A stretch of 18,420 nucleotides of DNA from Pseudomonadota bacterium (lineage in GTDB: Bacteria > Myxococcota > JACRCW01 > JAFGSX01): NCBI GenBank assembly GCA_043821645.1, contig JBDRCO010000082.1, forward strand, positions 1 through 18,420. Direction: 5' to 3'. Both the position numbers and the translations under genes were made by a program. This document shows, piece by piece, positions 7,125 through 16,059 of the stretch (positions within the stretch are counted from its first letter, which is position 1; every line of letters starts with the position of its first letter). A model generated the notes under the pieces. The model ran no database searches. It saw only the letters and a program-made list of their open reading frames with translations, and had not been told where the DNA came from.

Positions 7125-7811
7125 ATGAGGAAGCACCTGCAGCTCGCCATCCTTGCCTCTGGCCTGGTCTTTTCACTCGCGACAACAGGCCTGCCGGAGC
7201 CCGGAGAAGATGATGCGGGTGGTGGCGCCGATTCCGGCTCCGTGAATCAGGAATGCACCAACCCTGTTCAGGCGCCGACCGGCAGCGCCAGCCTCACCGG
7301 TGCGGACTTCACGCCAGTCGACGCCGTGGCCTTTGTCATGCGCCGACAGGACCTTGCGAGCGAGGCTGGCCAGGTGCCCTACATGACGAATCTGGAGATC
7401 AAGTTGACCGACTATCCCGGGGCCTGCGGTGTTGAAAACGCCGGTCTCAATGTGCGAGGTGCGCAGTGGTTCCGCCTGGCCCTGATCGCACCTTCGGAGT
7501 CAGAGTACCCAGCCCTGCCCATGCCAGGCACCTATGCCTGGAGCGATGCGCTGCCCATGCCCTGGGATACCTACACCTTTCGTGCCGGGTGGAAGATCTG
7601 GGACTGCAACCTCGACTGCGAGCCTTGTGGCCAGCTCGTCGCCGGAACACCCTCGGGGACATTGACCCTGACCGCGGTCAGCGAAAGCGAGGTCTCGGGC
7701 AGTTTCTCCTTTGATAGCGGCGGAGATGGTGTCTATTCGGGCTCCTTCACGGCCCCCATCTGCACTAGTGGCGTGCCCGAGGACGAGCGTTGCTGCTGGA
7801 CGGGTGAATAG
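7125..7811 (+). CDS. secreted Cys-containing hypothetical protein
   Basis: GGAGG RBS before ATG 7125; signal peptide MRKHLQLAILASGLVFSLA; C-terminal beta-rich SGTLTLTAVSESEVSGSFSF…YSGSFTAPIC. Confidence 0.8.
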   Translation: MRKHLQLAILASGLVFSLATTGLPEPGEDDAGGGADSGSVNQECTNPVQAPTGSASLTGADFTPVDAVAFVMRRQDLASEAGQVPYMTNLEIKLTDYPGACGVENAGLNVRGAQWFRLALIAPSESEYPALPMPGTYAWSDALPMPWDTYTFRAGWKIWDCNLDCEPCGQLVAGTPSGTLTLTAVSESEVSGSFSFDSGGDGVYSGSFTAPICTSGVPEDERCCWTGE

Positions 7812-7880
7812 AACGTCCCCTCACAGGTGCCAGCCACCCCTTCGGGTTGTGTCCATCGTCTGAACACCTTTTCGGGGAAT

Positions 7881-9317
7881 CTATCCTGGCGAACCTGTCC
7901 TGGAGGGCAGCCGCAGCACCGCCATCGGCACATAGGGCGCAAAAAAGTAAGTCAGACTTCGATAGTGCAGCCCTTGCACGATGGCCGCGTCGCGAACCAC
8001 GCCTGCCAGCTCTTCCAGAGCATCCGCCACATCGTGGTGCTCACCCAGCCGCTGCAGCTGCGCGCCCGCAGGCAGCCGACGTCGCAGGCGCACCTCGTCG
8101 AACAGGTCGGCGACGATGGCGGTCATCGCGATCAGCGACACCGGAGACAGCAGCCACAGGGGCGTCTGCACGAGGTGGATGACGACAAACCAGGCGAGCG
8201 TGGAGCCCAGCACGAAGGCTAGACTCTGCCACTGCAGGCGACGCCAGCTGGCACCGTGCTCGGTGACAAAACCCACCTGGCGCCGCCAGTAAAAAAGTCG
8301 CGTTGCGATCACGGCGACCAGCGTGATCACTGTCAGCTCAAAAGCCAGGTAGATGGTGCTCCCTGGTGCAAGACGGCGCGAGAGCTCGTGCAGCCAGTGG
8401 CTATCGAGCAGGCTCGCAAGCGTCGCGGGCACCATGCCCAGGCTGCTGGCCACGACTAGAGGCCAGGTGCCGCAGGTGGGCACTCGGACAGGCAGGGCGT
8501 CGGGCCCGTCATCGCCACGCCTCAGCAGCCACCAGGTGACGCCGACAAAACCGACGATCGCGGCGACCATCAGCACAAGCTGGATACCTGCCAGCGTCCC
8601 CTCGACCAGCATCTGCCGCAGCTGCACTACGACGCGGGGCAGGTCGAGTGCCAGATCGACCAGGATCAGCAGCACGAAGCCAGGTCCCACCCCATGCAGG
8701 TCGATCAGACGGGCCATGGCCACGCACAGACAGCTCGCGGCCACCAGGGTCACGACGCTGCCGGCGCGAAAGGCAAAACCAGCATTCACCAGCGGTTCGC
8801 CCATCACGTTGAGGGACTCGAAGTACACGGCCAGGCTCAGAGCCTGCACGCTGGCCACCAGGACACCGACAATCAGCGCGGCCCTCGTCAGGGCCGACCG
8901 CAGGGCCGGATCTCCGTGCCGACGGCAGCGCCACTGCGGCACCATCAGGGCGACCAACTCGACGAGGACAAAGGCAGAGATGAAGGGTGTGATACCGACG
9001 GCCAGTAGACTCACCCCTTGTGGGATCAAAAGACCGTCCAAGTGCAACATCTCGCGCAGCAGGTCGTGGCGCACAAAGGGCATCCAGACCAGCGAACTCA
9101 GCCAGACCGGCAACAGGCACAGCACGGTGACCGTCAACCGGCGGACCAGGTCGCGCGGCCAGCCTGCCTCGGCGGCCGGTGACGACGTGGACGCGTTCAG
9201 GGATGCGGCGACCAGTGCAGTGCCGCAGTCCGAGCAGTGCTCGACGCGGTCGTTGTACTCGGCGGGTTGACCCGTGCGTGTGCGATGGGGGCAATCGGGG
9301 TTGGTGCAGTGCTTCAT
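7881..9317 (-). CDS. divergent SecY-like membrane protein with N-terminal Cys4 (zinc-ribbon-like) motif and soluble C-terminal extension
   Basis: SLLAVGITPFISAFVLVEL (cf. SecY SIFALGIMPYITASII), ARLIDLHGVGPGFVLLI (GEQITERGIGNGISLII), LPVRVPTCGTWPLVVASSL (LPLKVNMAGVIPAIFASSI), LAPGSTIY (LQPGQPLY). N-terminus CTNPDC…CSDCG. Confidence 0.8.
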   Translation of the reverse strand: MKHCTNPDCPHRTRTGQPAEYNDRVEHCSDCGTALVAASLNASTSSPAAEAGWPRDLVRRLTVTVLCLLPVWLSSLVWMPFVRHDLLREMLHLDGLLIPQGVSLLAVGITPFISAFVLVELVALMVPQWRCRRHGDPALRSALTRAALIVGVLVASVQALSLAVYFESLNVMGEPLVNAGFAFRAGSVVTLVAASCLCVAMARLIDLHGVGPGFVLLILVDLALDLPRVVVQLRQMLVEGTLAGIQLVLMVAAIVGFVGVTWWLLRRGDDGPDALPVRVPTCGTWPLVVASSLGMVPATLASLLDSHWLHELSRRLAPGSTIYLAFELTVITLVAVIATRLFYWRRQVGFVTEHGASWRRLQWQSLAFVLGSTLAWFVVIHLVQTPLWLLSPVSLIAMTAIVADLFDEVRLRRRLPAGAQLQRLGEHHDVADALEELAGVVRDAAIVQGLHYRSLTYFFAPYVPMAVLRLPSRTGSPG

Positions 9318-9453
9318 GAAGTGACCTGGCTGCCGTGGCGAGAGGCCGACGGCCCATGATCTAGCACAGGCTCAAAGGGCTCGACACGCTTGTTGCTTTT
9401 CGGCAGGGGCGGACGGCTGGGGGCCGGATCTCGGACGAGAATGAGAAAGGAGA

Positions 9454-9506
9454 GGGGACAGAGCCCCCCAAACAAGTGCCCCCGGATAGGTGCCCGCCAC
9501 CTCTCC
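9454..9506 (+). repeat. REP-like palindromes GGGGACAGAGCCCC and GGATAGGTGCCCGCCACCTCTCC
   Basis: 9454-9467 and 9484-9506, intergenic, downstream of the thioesterase gene. Confidence 0.7.
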
Positions 9507-9529
9507 AGGGAGGCCTCGCTCGTTGCGTG

Positions 9530-9970
9530 CTATCCCTGCCCCGCGTCCCCCGGGCTGCCGAGGAAGCGACCGAACATCTCCAGGTAAGCCTCCGGTAGCG
9601 GCACCGGCCGCTCGGTGTTGAGGTCAATGAGCACGGTGGTGACATCGGCTGAGAAGCACAGCTCCCCGTCGCGACGTCGTCGAAGCTCGTAGTGAAAAAC
9701 CACCGACGAGGTCCCGATGCGCTTCACCGAGAGGTCGATCACGGCCACGTCGCCGTAGCTCAGGGGGGCTTTGAACTCGCTGCCGATGGCGACGGTAGGA
9801 AACCCCAGGCGCTGGTCCCGGATCATCTCCGGGTAGGTGATGGGCGCGGCGGTGTCGAAGAAGTCCTCGAAGGCTGCATGGCAGAGATGGAAGTACTGCG
9901 GGTAGTACACGATGCCCGCCCCGTCGACATCGTCGAAGCGGATCTTGTGCACGCTGGTGAAGGACATCAT
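9530..9970 (-). CDS. acyl-CoA thioesterase (4HBT/YbgC hotdog fold)
   Basis: [29 protein letters not shown] and [10 protein letters not shown] motifs; GGAGG RBS; start at ATG 9970 or 9967. Confidence 0.92.
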   Translation of the reverse strand: MMSFTSVHKIRFDDVDGAGIVYYPQYFHLCHAAFEDFFDTAAPITYPEMIRDQRLGFPTVAIGSEFKAPLSYGDVAVIDLSVKRIGTSSVVFHYELRRRRDGELCFSADVTTVLIDLNTERPVPLPEAYLEMFGRFLGSPGDAGQG

Positions 9971-10114
9971 TCCTCCGCACGGTCCGGCGACCTGTGTTGC
10001 ACGCGCGCCCACCGCGGCCGGCGGGACCCCCCGAGCGGCGTCCACCCAAATACCCGCCCGCAATTCCAGCCACATAGCGGCTACTCCGGGCCCGGGACCA
10101 GAATAGTGTCACCC

Positions 10115-10342
10115 CGGACCATCACCGCGTTCCTGTTCACCCAGATGACCAAGGGCACCTTTCGCTCCCATGAGCCTGCGAAGGCCTTCTTCGTCGACGT
10201 CTCTGTCCAGCTCAACACGCCCTCGGTGATCTTCGCCGGCAAGCTCATCGCCTGCATCGGGCTCGCGACCAACAAGCCGGCCGAGTTCATCGTGCTGCGG
10301 TTTTCCCAGGTCACCCGTGCCCTCGAGGCCGAGCTCGCCGCA
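10115..10342 (+). pseudogene. contractile phage-tail/CIS sheath protein, C-terminal fragment
   Basis: [63 protein letters not shown] matches the sheath C-terminal signature (AFFV…N…G.L…IG.A..KPAEF..R.SQ). No start codon or N-terminal domains. Confidence 0.75.
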
Positions 10343-10381
10343 TGGGTTCTCCCTGTCCAGGCCTGGGGCCTGACAGCGACA

Positions 10382-11911
10382 CTAGGGTGCGTCGCGCACG
10401 CACATCACCGACTTGGTGCGACTCTTGAGATCGCGGTTGACCGCACCAGCTGAGCGGTTCAGATACCAGGCCTCGTCGAGAAACTGCGCGTTCGTTGTTG
10501 AGCACCAGACCGGATTGGTGACCGGGTTGGGGAAGACGCTTGGGTCGAGGTGGATGGTGATGGTTGTCCGATCCCACAGCACGCTCTGTCCCTCGAGCAC
10601 GCTGGGCAGTCGCCAGTCTGCAAAGCTGCCCCAGTCGAGGTCCGCGCAGTAGCTCAGGGCGGCTTGCCAGCTGACGCTGCTGGCCGAACCCGAGCTGCAA
10701 TCGGTACCGTCCTGACCCGCCAGGCAGCCCTGCCACATCAAGCCCATCGCGTTGTCGACCACCACGGGCTGCGTCAGCCCCTGGCGCACGAACCGCTCGC
10801 CGGCAGGTAGCGGGTAGGTCGCGGTGTGGCGCCGCACGCAGCGCACGCCGCTGGCGGTGGTTGTGGCGGCGACGGAGATGATTCCGGTCGTCCCCCCCAC
10901 GTAGTAAGCCCGGGTTGCATCCTCCGGGTCGGCGCTGATGCTCCAGTAGGTGGAGGCGACAGCGCCAGCGAAGAACGCGCTGTCGAGCGCTGGCGCGTAT
11001 CGTTCGAAGTGAACCGTGGTGGAGAGCTCGAAGCGGTCGGGGAGATGCCAGTCGGTGTGACCACCCCAGGCCAGCGTCTCGCATTGGTCGATGCTCTCGG
11101 TCCAGGTGTGGCTCGCCATCGTGCCATCGGTGCAGGCGGAACCCCGCAGCCCGCTGCTGCAACCTTGCCACATGAGCCCGGTGATGTTGTCGACGACGAC
11201 CGGTTCGCCGGCCACGAGTTCCGTCAGAAGGTACCGCTCGTTCGCCTGGTGTCCGAGATCCCAGCCGTACTGCGCGTCCTGTCCGCAGAACGGCGTGCTG
11301 CCGCAGGTGCCGAGCGCGACGTTGCCGGGGCAGGCGATGGCTGCTGCACCGTCGTAGCAAAGGCGTTGACCCGTGTCCGGCAGCGCAAATCCTGGCCCAA
11401 GTGGGTTGCAGTCGCGGGTTCCGCAGCCGGGTGACGTGCAGGCGCCGCCCTGGCAGATGTCGTAGTCCCGGTCGGGGACGGTGATCGTCGTACAGGGGGT
11501 GTATTCGATGGCCGCTGTGCAGTCGGCGGTCCACGCGTCGCCCCCTGACGTGTCGGGGGCGGGCCTATCCGCTGTCGCCTGGTCGGGGGTGCCGTGGTCC
11601 ATGGGCGCTGCATCGAGCAAGGTACCATCACTTGAGACTGTGTCGGTCGCTGCCGCCTCGGCTGCGCCGGTTTCCGCAACCCCCTCATCTGGCGTGTTCG
11701 CTTGGTCCCGGGCCAGGGTGTCGCAGATCGCATCGAAACCAAGGTCCTGGTGTGCGCGGTCGGTGAGGCCAGTGGCGGCGTCGACTTCGTCGAACGGTGG
11801 TGCGGCGTCAAACGCGCCGGCGGGGGGCGACCAAAATCCGCCGCGCATGCATGCCGACGCACAAGCTGCGGCGATGGATGACACAACGCAGATGCAGGCA
11901 TGGATTCGCAC
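10382..11911 (-). CDS. lipoprotein with two DUF1566 (Lcl C-terminal, C-type-lectin-like) domains
   Basis: GAGGAG RBS before GTG 11911; lipobox-like ACASAC; Asp/Ala linker; [11 protein letters not shown]; two VVDNxxGLMWQ…W..A…C..L..GG..DW.LP…CVR modules. Confidence 0.88.
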   Translation of the reverse strand: MRIHACICVVSSIAAACASACMRGGFWSPPAGAFDAAPPFDEVDAATGLTDRAHQDLGFDAICDTLARDQANTPDEGVAETGAAEAAATDTVSSDGTLLDAAPMDHGTPDQATADRPAPDTSGGDAWTADCTAAIEYTPCTTITVPDRDYDICQGGACTSPGCGTRDCNPLGPGFALPDTGQRLCYDGAAAIACPGNVALGTCGSTPFCGQDAQYGWDLGHQANERYLLTELVAGEPVVVDNITGLMWQGCSSGLRGSACTDGTMASHTWTESIDQCETLAWGGHTDWHLPDRFELSTTVHFERYAPALDSAFFAGAVASTYWSISADPEDATRAYYVGGTTGIISVAATTTASGVRCVRRHTATYPLPAGERFVRQGLTQPVVVDNAMGLMWQGCLAGQDGTDCSSGSASSVSWQAALSYCADLDWGSFADWRLPSVLEGQSVLWDRTTITIHLDPSVFPNPVTNPVWCSTTNAQFLDEAWYLNRSAGAVNRDLKSRTKSVMCVRDAP

Positions 11912-12393
11912 TGCTACGAGCTCCTCGCCGTGCGACGCGCTTGTGGCCGAATGTGTCACCCGCGTCGACGCCTGCCGTAGGAAGCATGAAGTGCCTTCCC
12001 GTCGCCGACCTCGGGTACACGCCCCTCGTGGTCCGTCTACACACCCATCTTCGGCTATTGTAACACGTCCTCTCAACCCACTGAAACGGCGCCAGTGCGT
12101 AGCCTGAGCAAACGGGCACCCGCTGTCATTTCTCTGCGGCACATACGTGCTGCGTGTGACGTCCTCAGCAGCACCCGAACGCCAGCTCGGCCTGGGGAGG
12201 TGCTCGCGCCGGGGCGATCGAGAAGGACACCGGTCAGATAGCGCCTGGGCTTCACGTCTCTGGTTCGAGGGGAGAGTCCACAATCGACACCCCCCGTCGC
12301 CAGCAGGGGCTACCATCTGGATCATGACCAACGAGTCCCCCAAAACTGTGGCCTTGCCCCGATTCGGTGGACACCTGATAGAAGGAGTTCATC

Positions 12394-12678
12394 ATAGGAA
12401 GGCCGCCCAAGTTCAGCGAGGAGTTCAAGCGCGAGGCCGTCAGGCTGATCGAGGCCGGGCAGCCGTTGGAGCAGGTCGCCGTGGACCTCGGCGTGGGTCA
12501 CTCGTCGCTGTCTCGGTGGAGGAGACACGACGGAATGGCTATCGATGCGCCCACGCCTGTGGATGGCGACGACCTCCGCGAGGAGAACGCACGACTGCGC
12601 AAGCGCGTCCGTGAGCTTGAGGAGGAGCGTGAAATCATAAAAAAAGCCACGGCCTTCTTCGCGAAGGAAAGCAGATGA
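12394..12678 (+). CDS. IS3 transposase OrfA (HTH); start codon appears mutated to ATA
   Basis: AAGGAG RBS then ATA GGA AGG CCG CCC AAG…; KFSEEFKREAVRL…QVAVDLGVGHSSLSRW…EENARLRKRVRELEEEREIIKKATAFFA. Confidence 0.85.
   Translation: MGRPPKFSEEFKREAVRLIEAGQPLEQVAVDLGVGHSSLSRWRRHDGMAIDAPTPVDGDDLREENARLRKRVRELEEEREIIKKATAFFAKESR
12639..12646 (+). promoter_or_regulatory. -1 programmed frameshift slippery site AAAAAAAG
   Basis: A-AAA-AAA-G in the orfA frame; the -1 frame is open (SHGLLREGKQ) into orfB. orfA/orfB also overlap as ATGA at 12675-12678. Confidence 0.75.
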
Positions 12679-13550
12679 GATGTGCTTTCATCGACGTGGA
12701 GAAGGCCCATCACGCGGTCGAGACGCTGTGTCGAGTCCTGCAGGTTTCACGCAGCGGCTTCTACGCCTGGAAAAGCAGGCCAGAATCGGCTCGAACCGTG
12801 CGCGACCGGCAGCTCAGCGCGAAGATTCGCGTGTTCCACGCTCAGAGCCGAGGCCGAGACGGCAGCCCGATGATTCACCGCGACCTGCGAGACGACGGAG
12901 AACGCGTTGGTCGCAAGCGTGTGGCCAGACTGATGAGGCAGCAGAATCTGGCAGGCCGGAAGAAGCGTCGATTTCGCAGGACCACGAACTCGGAACACAA
13001 GCTTCCGATCGCTCCCAATCTGCTCGAACGCCGATTTGACGCTGCGGCGCGCGATCAGGTGTGGGCGGCCGACATCGCTTACGTCCGCACCTGGGAAGGG
13101 TGGCTCTACCTCGCCGTGGTCATCGATCTGTACTCTCGACGCGTCGTCGGATGGTCCGTGGCGAACCACCTGCGGACCGAGTTGCCTCTGACTGCTGTGC
13201 ACAAGGCGCTGCTCCTCCGTCGCCCACCAGCCGGCCTCCTGCACCACTCCGACCGAGGGTGCCAGTACGCCGCCGAGGCCTACCAGAGCCTCTTGGCCAG
13301 CCACGGCGTCACTCCGAGCATGAGCCGCAAGGGCAACTGCTGGGACAACGCGGTGGTCGAGAGCTTCTTCTCGACCCTCAAGGAAGAGCTCATCGACCGG
13401 GGCGCGTGGGCCACGCGTCGCGACGCAGAGCGCGCCATCGCCGACTACATCGAGAACGACGACAACCGCTATCGACGACACTCGTCGAACGGCTACGTGA
13501 GCCCAGTGAAGTACGAGAATCCAGGACTGGCAGTGAAACGAGCAGCGTAG
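12675..13550 (+). CDS. IS3 transposase OrfB (integrase-like DDE)
   Basis: WAADIAYV, HHSDRGCQY and GNCWDNAVVESFFSTLKEE motifs. Confidence 0.95.
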   Translation: MRCAFIDVEKAHHAVETLCRVLQVSRSGFYAWKSRPESARTVRDRQLSAKIRVFHAQSRGRDGSPMIHRDLRDDGERVGRKRVARLMRQQNLAGRKKRRFRRTTNSEHKLPIAPNLLERRFDAAARDQVWAADIAYVRTWEGWLYLAVVIDLYSRRVVGWSVANHLRTELPLTAVHKALLLRRPPAGLLHHSDRGCQYAAEAYQSLLASHGVTPSMSRKGNCWDNAVVESFFSTLKEELIDRGAWATRRDAERAIADYIENDDNRYRRHSSNGYVSPVKYENPGLAVKRAA

Positions 13551-13832
13551 AAAACTGTCCACTGAAACGGGGCAAGGCCACCTTGGCCGGGCAGGCTTTG
13601 AAGGGTGCGGCTTGGGGTTTGGTGCCTGGATGGCTGGCGGCCGGCCGGGAGGTTGGTGGGTTGTTGAAGGGGTGGCCTGGGCGCTCCGCGCCGTCCGGTG
13701 GCATGGGGCCGGCCTGGGGTGGGGTCGGAGGTTGCTTGAGGCGGGGCCGGCCTTGAGGGCCTGGCTCAGGTCACGTGGGGAGCGCGATCAGGGTGTGGGG
13801 TCTCGCAGCCAGATGGAGGCGGGTCAGGCGGC

Positions 13833-14243
13833 TCACCTGGCTCTGACACGGTTGTTCTTGGGATTGTGTTCGAGCTCGCAAAGACCAAGCTCCTCCAGCA
13901 ATGGCGGGATGTAGACGCCGAACCGCCCCCGCAGCCCCTTCTTCAGGCCATACCAGCCCCCAACTGGATTGCTGGTCGAGCGTCCCCACGCTTCGACCGT
14001 GCCCTCCTTCGCGGGTTTCATCTCGTCAGCACCGCCGAGGTCGACCCAGTCCCCCGCCTTCTTGAGCATGATGTGCAGATCCTCGATGCACCTGGCGTCG
14101 TAGTGGAGCACTGTTTTTCCGACAGTACATACGAGAATCTTTCTTCCATCCTTCTCGTCAACATGCATCGTGTACTCGGATGTTCCGGGCGCTGTCTTGA
14201 GCTTCCAGGGTGTGTCCTTGGTACGGTTCAGCGAAGATGCCAT
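13833..14243 (-). CDS. conserved hypothetical protein, DUF6855-like
   Basis: PWKLKTAPGTSEYTM, GTVEAWGRSTSNPVGGWYGLKKGLRGRFG.YIPPLLE.LGL.ELEHNPKNNR motifs; GGGAGA RBS. Family name is from recall. Confidence 0.8.
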   Translation of the reverse strand: MASSLNRTKDTPWKLKTAPGTSEYTMHVDEKDGRKILVCTVGKTVLHYDARCIEDLHIMLKKAGDWVDLGGADEMKPAKEGTVEAWGRSTSNPVGGWYGLKKGLRGRFGVYIPPLLEELGLCELEHNPKNNRVRAR

Positions 14244-14364
14244 GCGTTTTCTCCCGTGATGGACTCGTGGGCTCCATATAAGGGAACGAGGCTCCTGGCG
14301 CAGGCGGGACCGCTTTCGGCTCGGGCGGCGTGGCGGCGTTTGCCGGGAACGTGACGGTTACGGG

Positions 14365-14721
14365 TCAGGCAGCCAGTTCCAATGCCAGATCCTCCTTCGT
14401 GCACAGGACCACCTTGCCCTCGATGACGGGGGCCAGGTCCTGTTGCTCGAATGTCCGCACGAGCTGCTCCCGGTCCCGGATGACGACGTAGATGGGCTTG
14501 AGTATCCTGCTCTCCCCCGAGAGGTAGGTCATGAGAAGCTGCACGTCCCTCAACACGGGCCGGTAGCCCGTCCCGTGGTCGATGGCGATCAGCTTGAGGG
14601 GAGATCTCGCGTCCTTCACGACGCGGCTGAGGTAGGCGATGCCGACGACGATGTCGACCACCCCGCCCACGCGCACGAGGGCGATGTCGTTGAACCTGGT
14701 ATGAAAGATCTCGTTGTTCAT
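14365..14721 (-). CDS. hypothetical alpha/beta protein
   Basis: 118-aa ORF with strong GC3 bias and alternating hydrophobic strands and helices. Confidence 0.6.
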   Translation of the reverse strand: MNNEIFHTRFNDIALVRVGGVVDIVVGIAYLSRVVKDARSPLKLIAIDHGTGYRPVLRDVQLLMTYLSGESRILKPIYVVIRDREQLVRTFEQQDLAPVIEGKVVLCTKEDLALELAA

Positions 14722-14938
14722 GGATGACGCCCCCGACCAGCCCTCGACGTCGAAGGGCCATCAAGCAGCAGAAGGTGAACGCGAAGAAGCCCGCAAGATG
14801 TCGCTGACGGAGCGTCTGCAGACGGACAGGGTCGAGGTTCATGACCTTTCTGAGCTGGGCAAGGTCCTGCAGGAATCCCTCGACGAGGTGAAGGCCGAGC
14901 GGGAAGCTGGAGAGAAGAAGAGCAAGGCCGGGAAGTGA
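14720..14938 (+). CDS. small charged hypothetical protein or gene 3' remnant
   Basis: Coding-like codons, especially from ATG 14798 (MSLTERLQTDRVEVHDLSELGKVLQESLDEVKAEREAGEKKSKAGK); start uncertain. Confidence 0.35.
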   Translation: MDDAPDQPSTSKGHQAAEGEREEARKMSLTERLQTDRVEVHDLSELGKVLQESLDEVKAEREAGEKKSKAGK

Positions 14939-15002
14939 GACCCTCCGGAGCGGTCAGGGCCGGGGACAGACTCTCAAGGTGAAACTGTATCGCTGTCTCG
15001 CG

Positions 15003-15830
15003 CTACTGGCAGTCGCCGTTCACGCACGCGGTTGGGTTGCCAGAGTTGTCAACACATGCGAATTCGGTATAGATTCCGACACATCCTGAATTCTCGCACC
15101 ACCAGCCACCGCCGGTGATTGTGACTGAATCCACGCATTCGGGGACAAACACCGGACAGTCACCGTCTCCATTGCAGGGAATTTTGCATTCCCAGTAACC
15201 TCCATTCGGGGCATAATCGTACGGCCGCCACATGCAAATCTCATCACCAGTGCAGGCAACGACGCAATCCGGCTCACCAGCGTCCACGGGCACTCTTGCG
15301 TCACCTCCCGAGGAGTCCTGAGAAGAAGCATCAGCAGCGCTTGAGTCAGGATATCCAGCATCGCCAGAAGACACGTAGAGAGTTGGGACCATGATGCTGA
15401 ATGACATGGTCTGGACGATGGCCAAACCAACTCCGAAATTCGCATCGCTCATGGATTCCCAGGAAGAATCGCTCTCATCGTCGAGGCGCAGAACGGCATC
15501 CGCCGTGCCGGCGAAAGGAAGTCTGATCGTGGCGGCGACCGAGAAGTTCGTGCCGTGAGGTGTGAACGTGTAGGGAGTGCCCTGCATCGCATGTCCTGAG
15601 GGGAGTGCTGCATTGAGTATTCCAGAGTCCGCCGCTGCAATGGATATCTCGACATCGTGGTCGAGGGCGCCTGCAGGTATCTCCAACTCAACCCCGGCTC
15701 CATTGGACAGCGAACCTCCCGCCGCACCTATGATCGCGGAAACAACGGAGTCATTTCCCGCATCCACCGACTCCGTTGGCGGACAACCCAGGCAGAATGC
15801 AAGACAGGGAGTGACGAGAAAGATACGCAT
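15003..15830 (-). CDS. lipoprotein with ZU5-like domain, Asp/Ser/Ala linker and Cys-rich C-terminus
   Basis: MRIFLVTPCLAFCLGC lipobox; IGAAGGSL…GVELEIPAGAL…YTFTPHGTNFSVAATIRLP (ZU5-like); many C-terminal Cys. Confidence 0.8.
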   Translation of the reverse strand: MRIFLVTPCLAFCLGCPPTESVDAGNDSVVSAIIGAAGGSLSNGAGVELEIPAGALDHDVEISIAAADSGILNAALPSGHAMQGTPYTFTPHGTNFSVAATIRLPFAGTADAVLRLDDESDSSWESMSDANFGVGLAIVQTMSFSIMVPTLYVSSGDAGYPDSSAADASSQDSSGGDARVPVDAGEPDCVVACTGDEICMWRPYDYAPNGGYWECKIPCNGDGDCPVFVPECVDSVTITGGGWWCENSGCVGIYTEFACVDNSGNPTACVNGDCQ

Positions 15831-16059
15831 TGGGGAAATTCGCACGTCCAACCCCTTTCCTGATTTTTGTGACAAGGACCTTTTCCTATTCGTGGCTTTA
15901 CTACCCTCCTTGTTCCATCCTGCCGTCTGGTGGTGGCGTGTGGCGGACAGCCTTGTCGTCAGGTGGTACGAACCACCAGCTTGTCCGGATGCTGCTACAA
16001 CGCGACGTGTGGCTGTGCCTCCATTGCCAGCAGCTCAGGGTGGTCGTCCTCGGCCACGG

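Larger units (their letters stand above)
12349..13580 (+). mobile_element. IS3-family insertion sequence, 1232 bp
   Basis: IRL TGGCCTTGCCCCGATTCGGTGGACA (12349-12373) and IRR TGTCCACTGAAACGGGGCAAGGCCA (13556-13580) match at 23/25, with TG…CA ends; orfA/orfB layout. No clear target duplication. Confidence 0.95.

Noticed and set aside
10382-10520. Complete DGR at the DUF1566 gene
   Set aside because: No reverse transcriptase and no adenine-variant template repeat in the window.
12078-12089. CCACTGAAACGG identical to part of the IS3 IRR
   Set aside because: Only 12 bp and lacks the terminal GGCAAGGCCA; probably chance.
12268-12282. GGGGAGAGTCCACA resembling an IS1111 subterminal IR
   Set aside because: No partner IR, transposase remnant or upstream TTGACA found.
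11912-12343. N-terminal 144 aa of the 653-aa ORF
   Set aside because: Non-coding-like composition; the RBS and lipoprotein signal point to GTG 11911.
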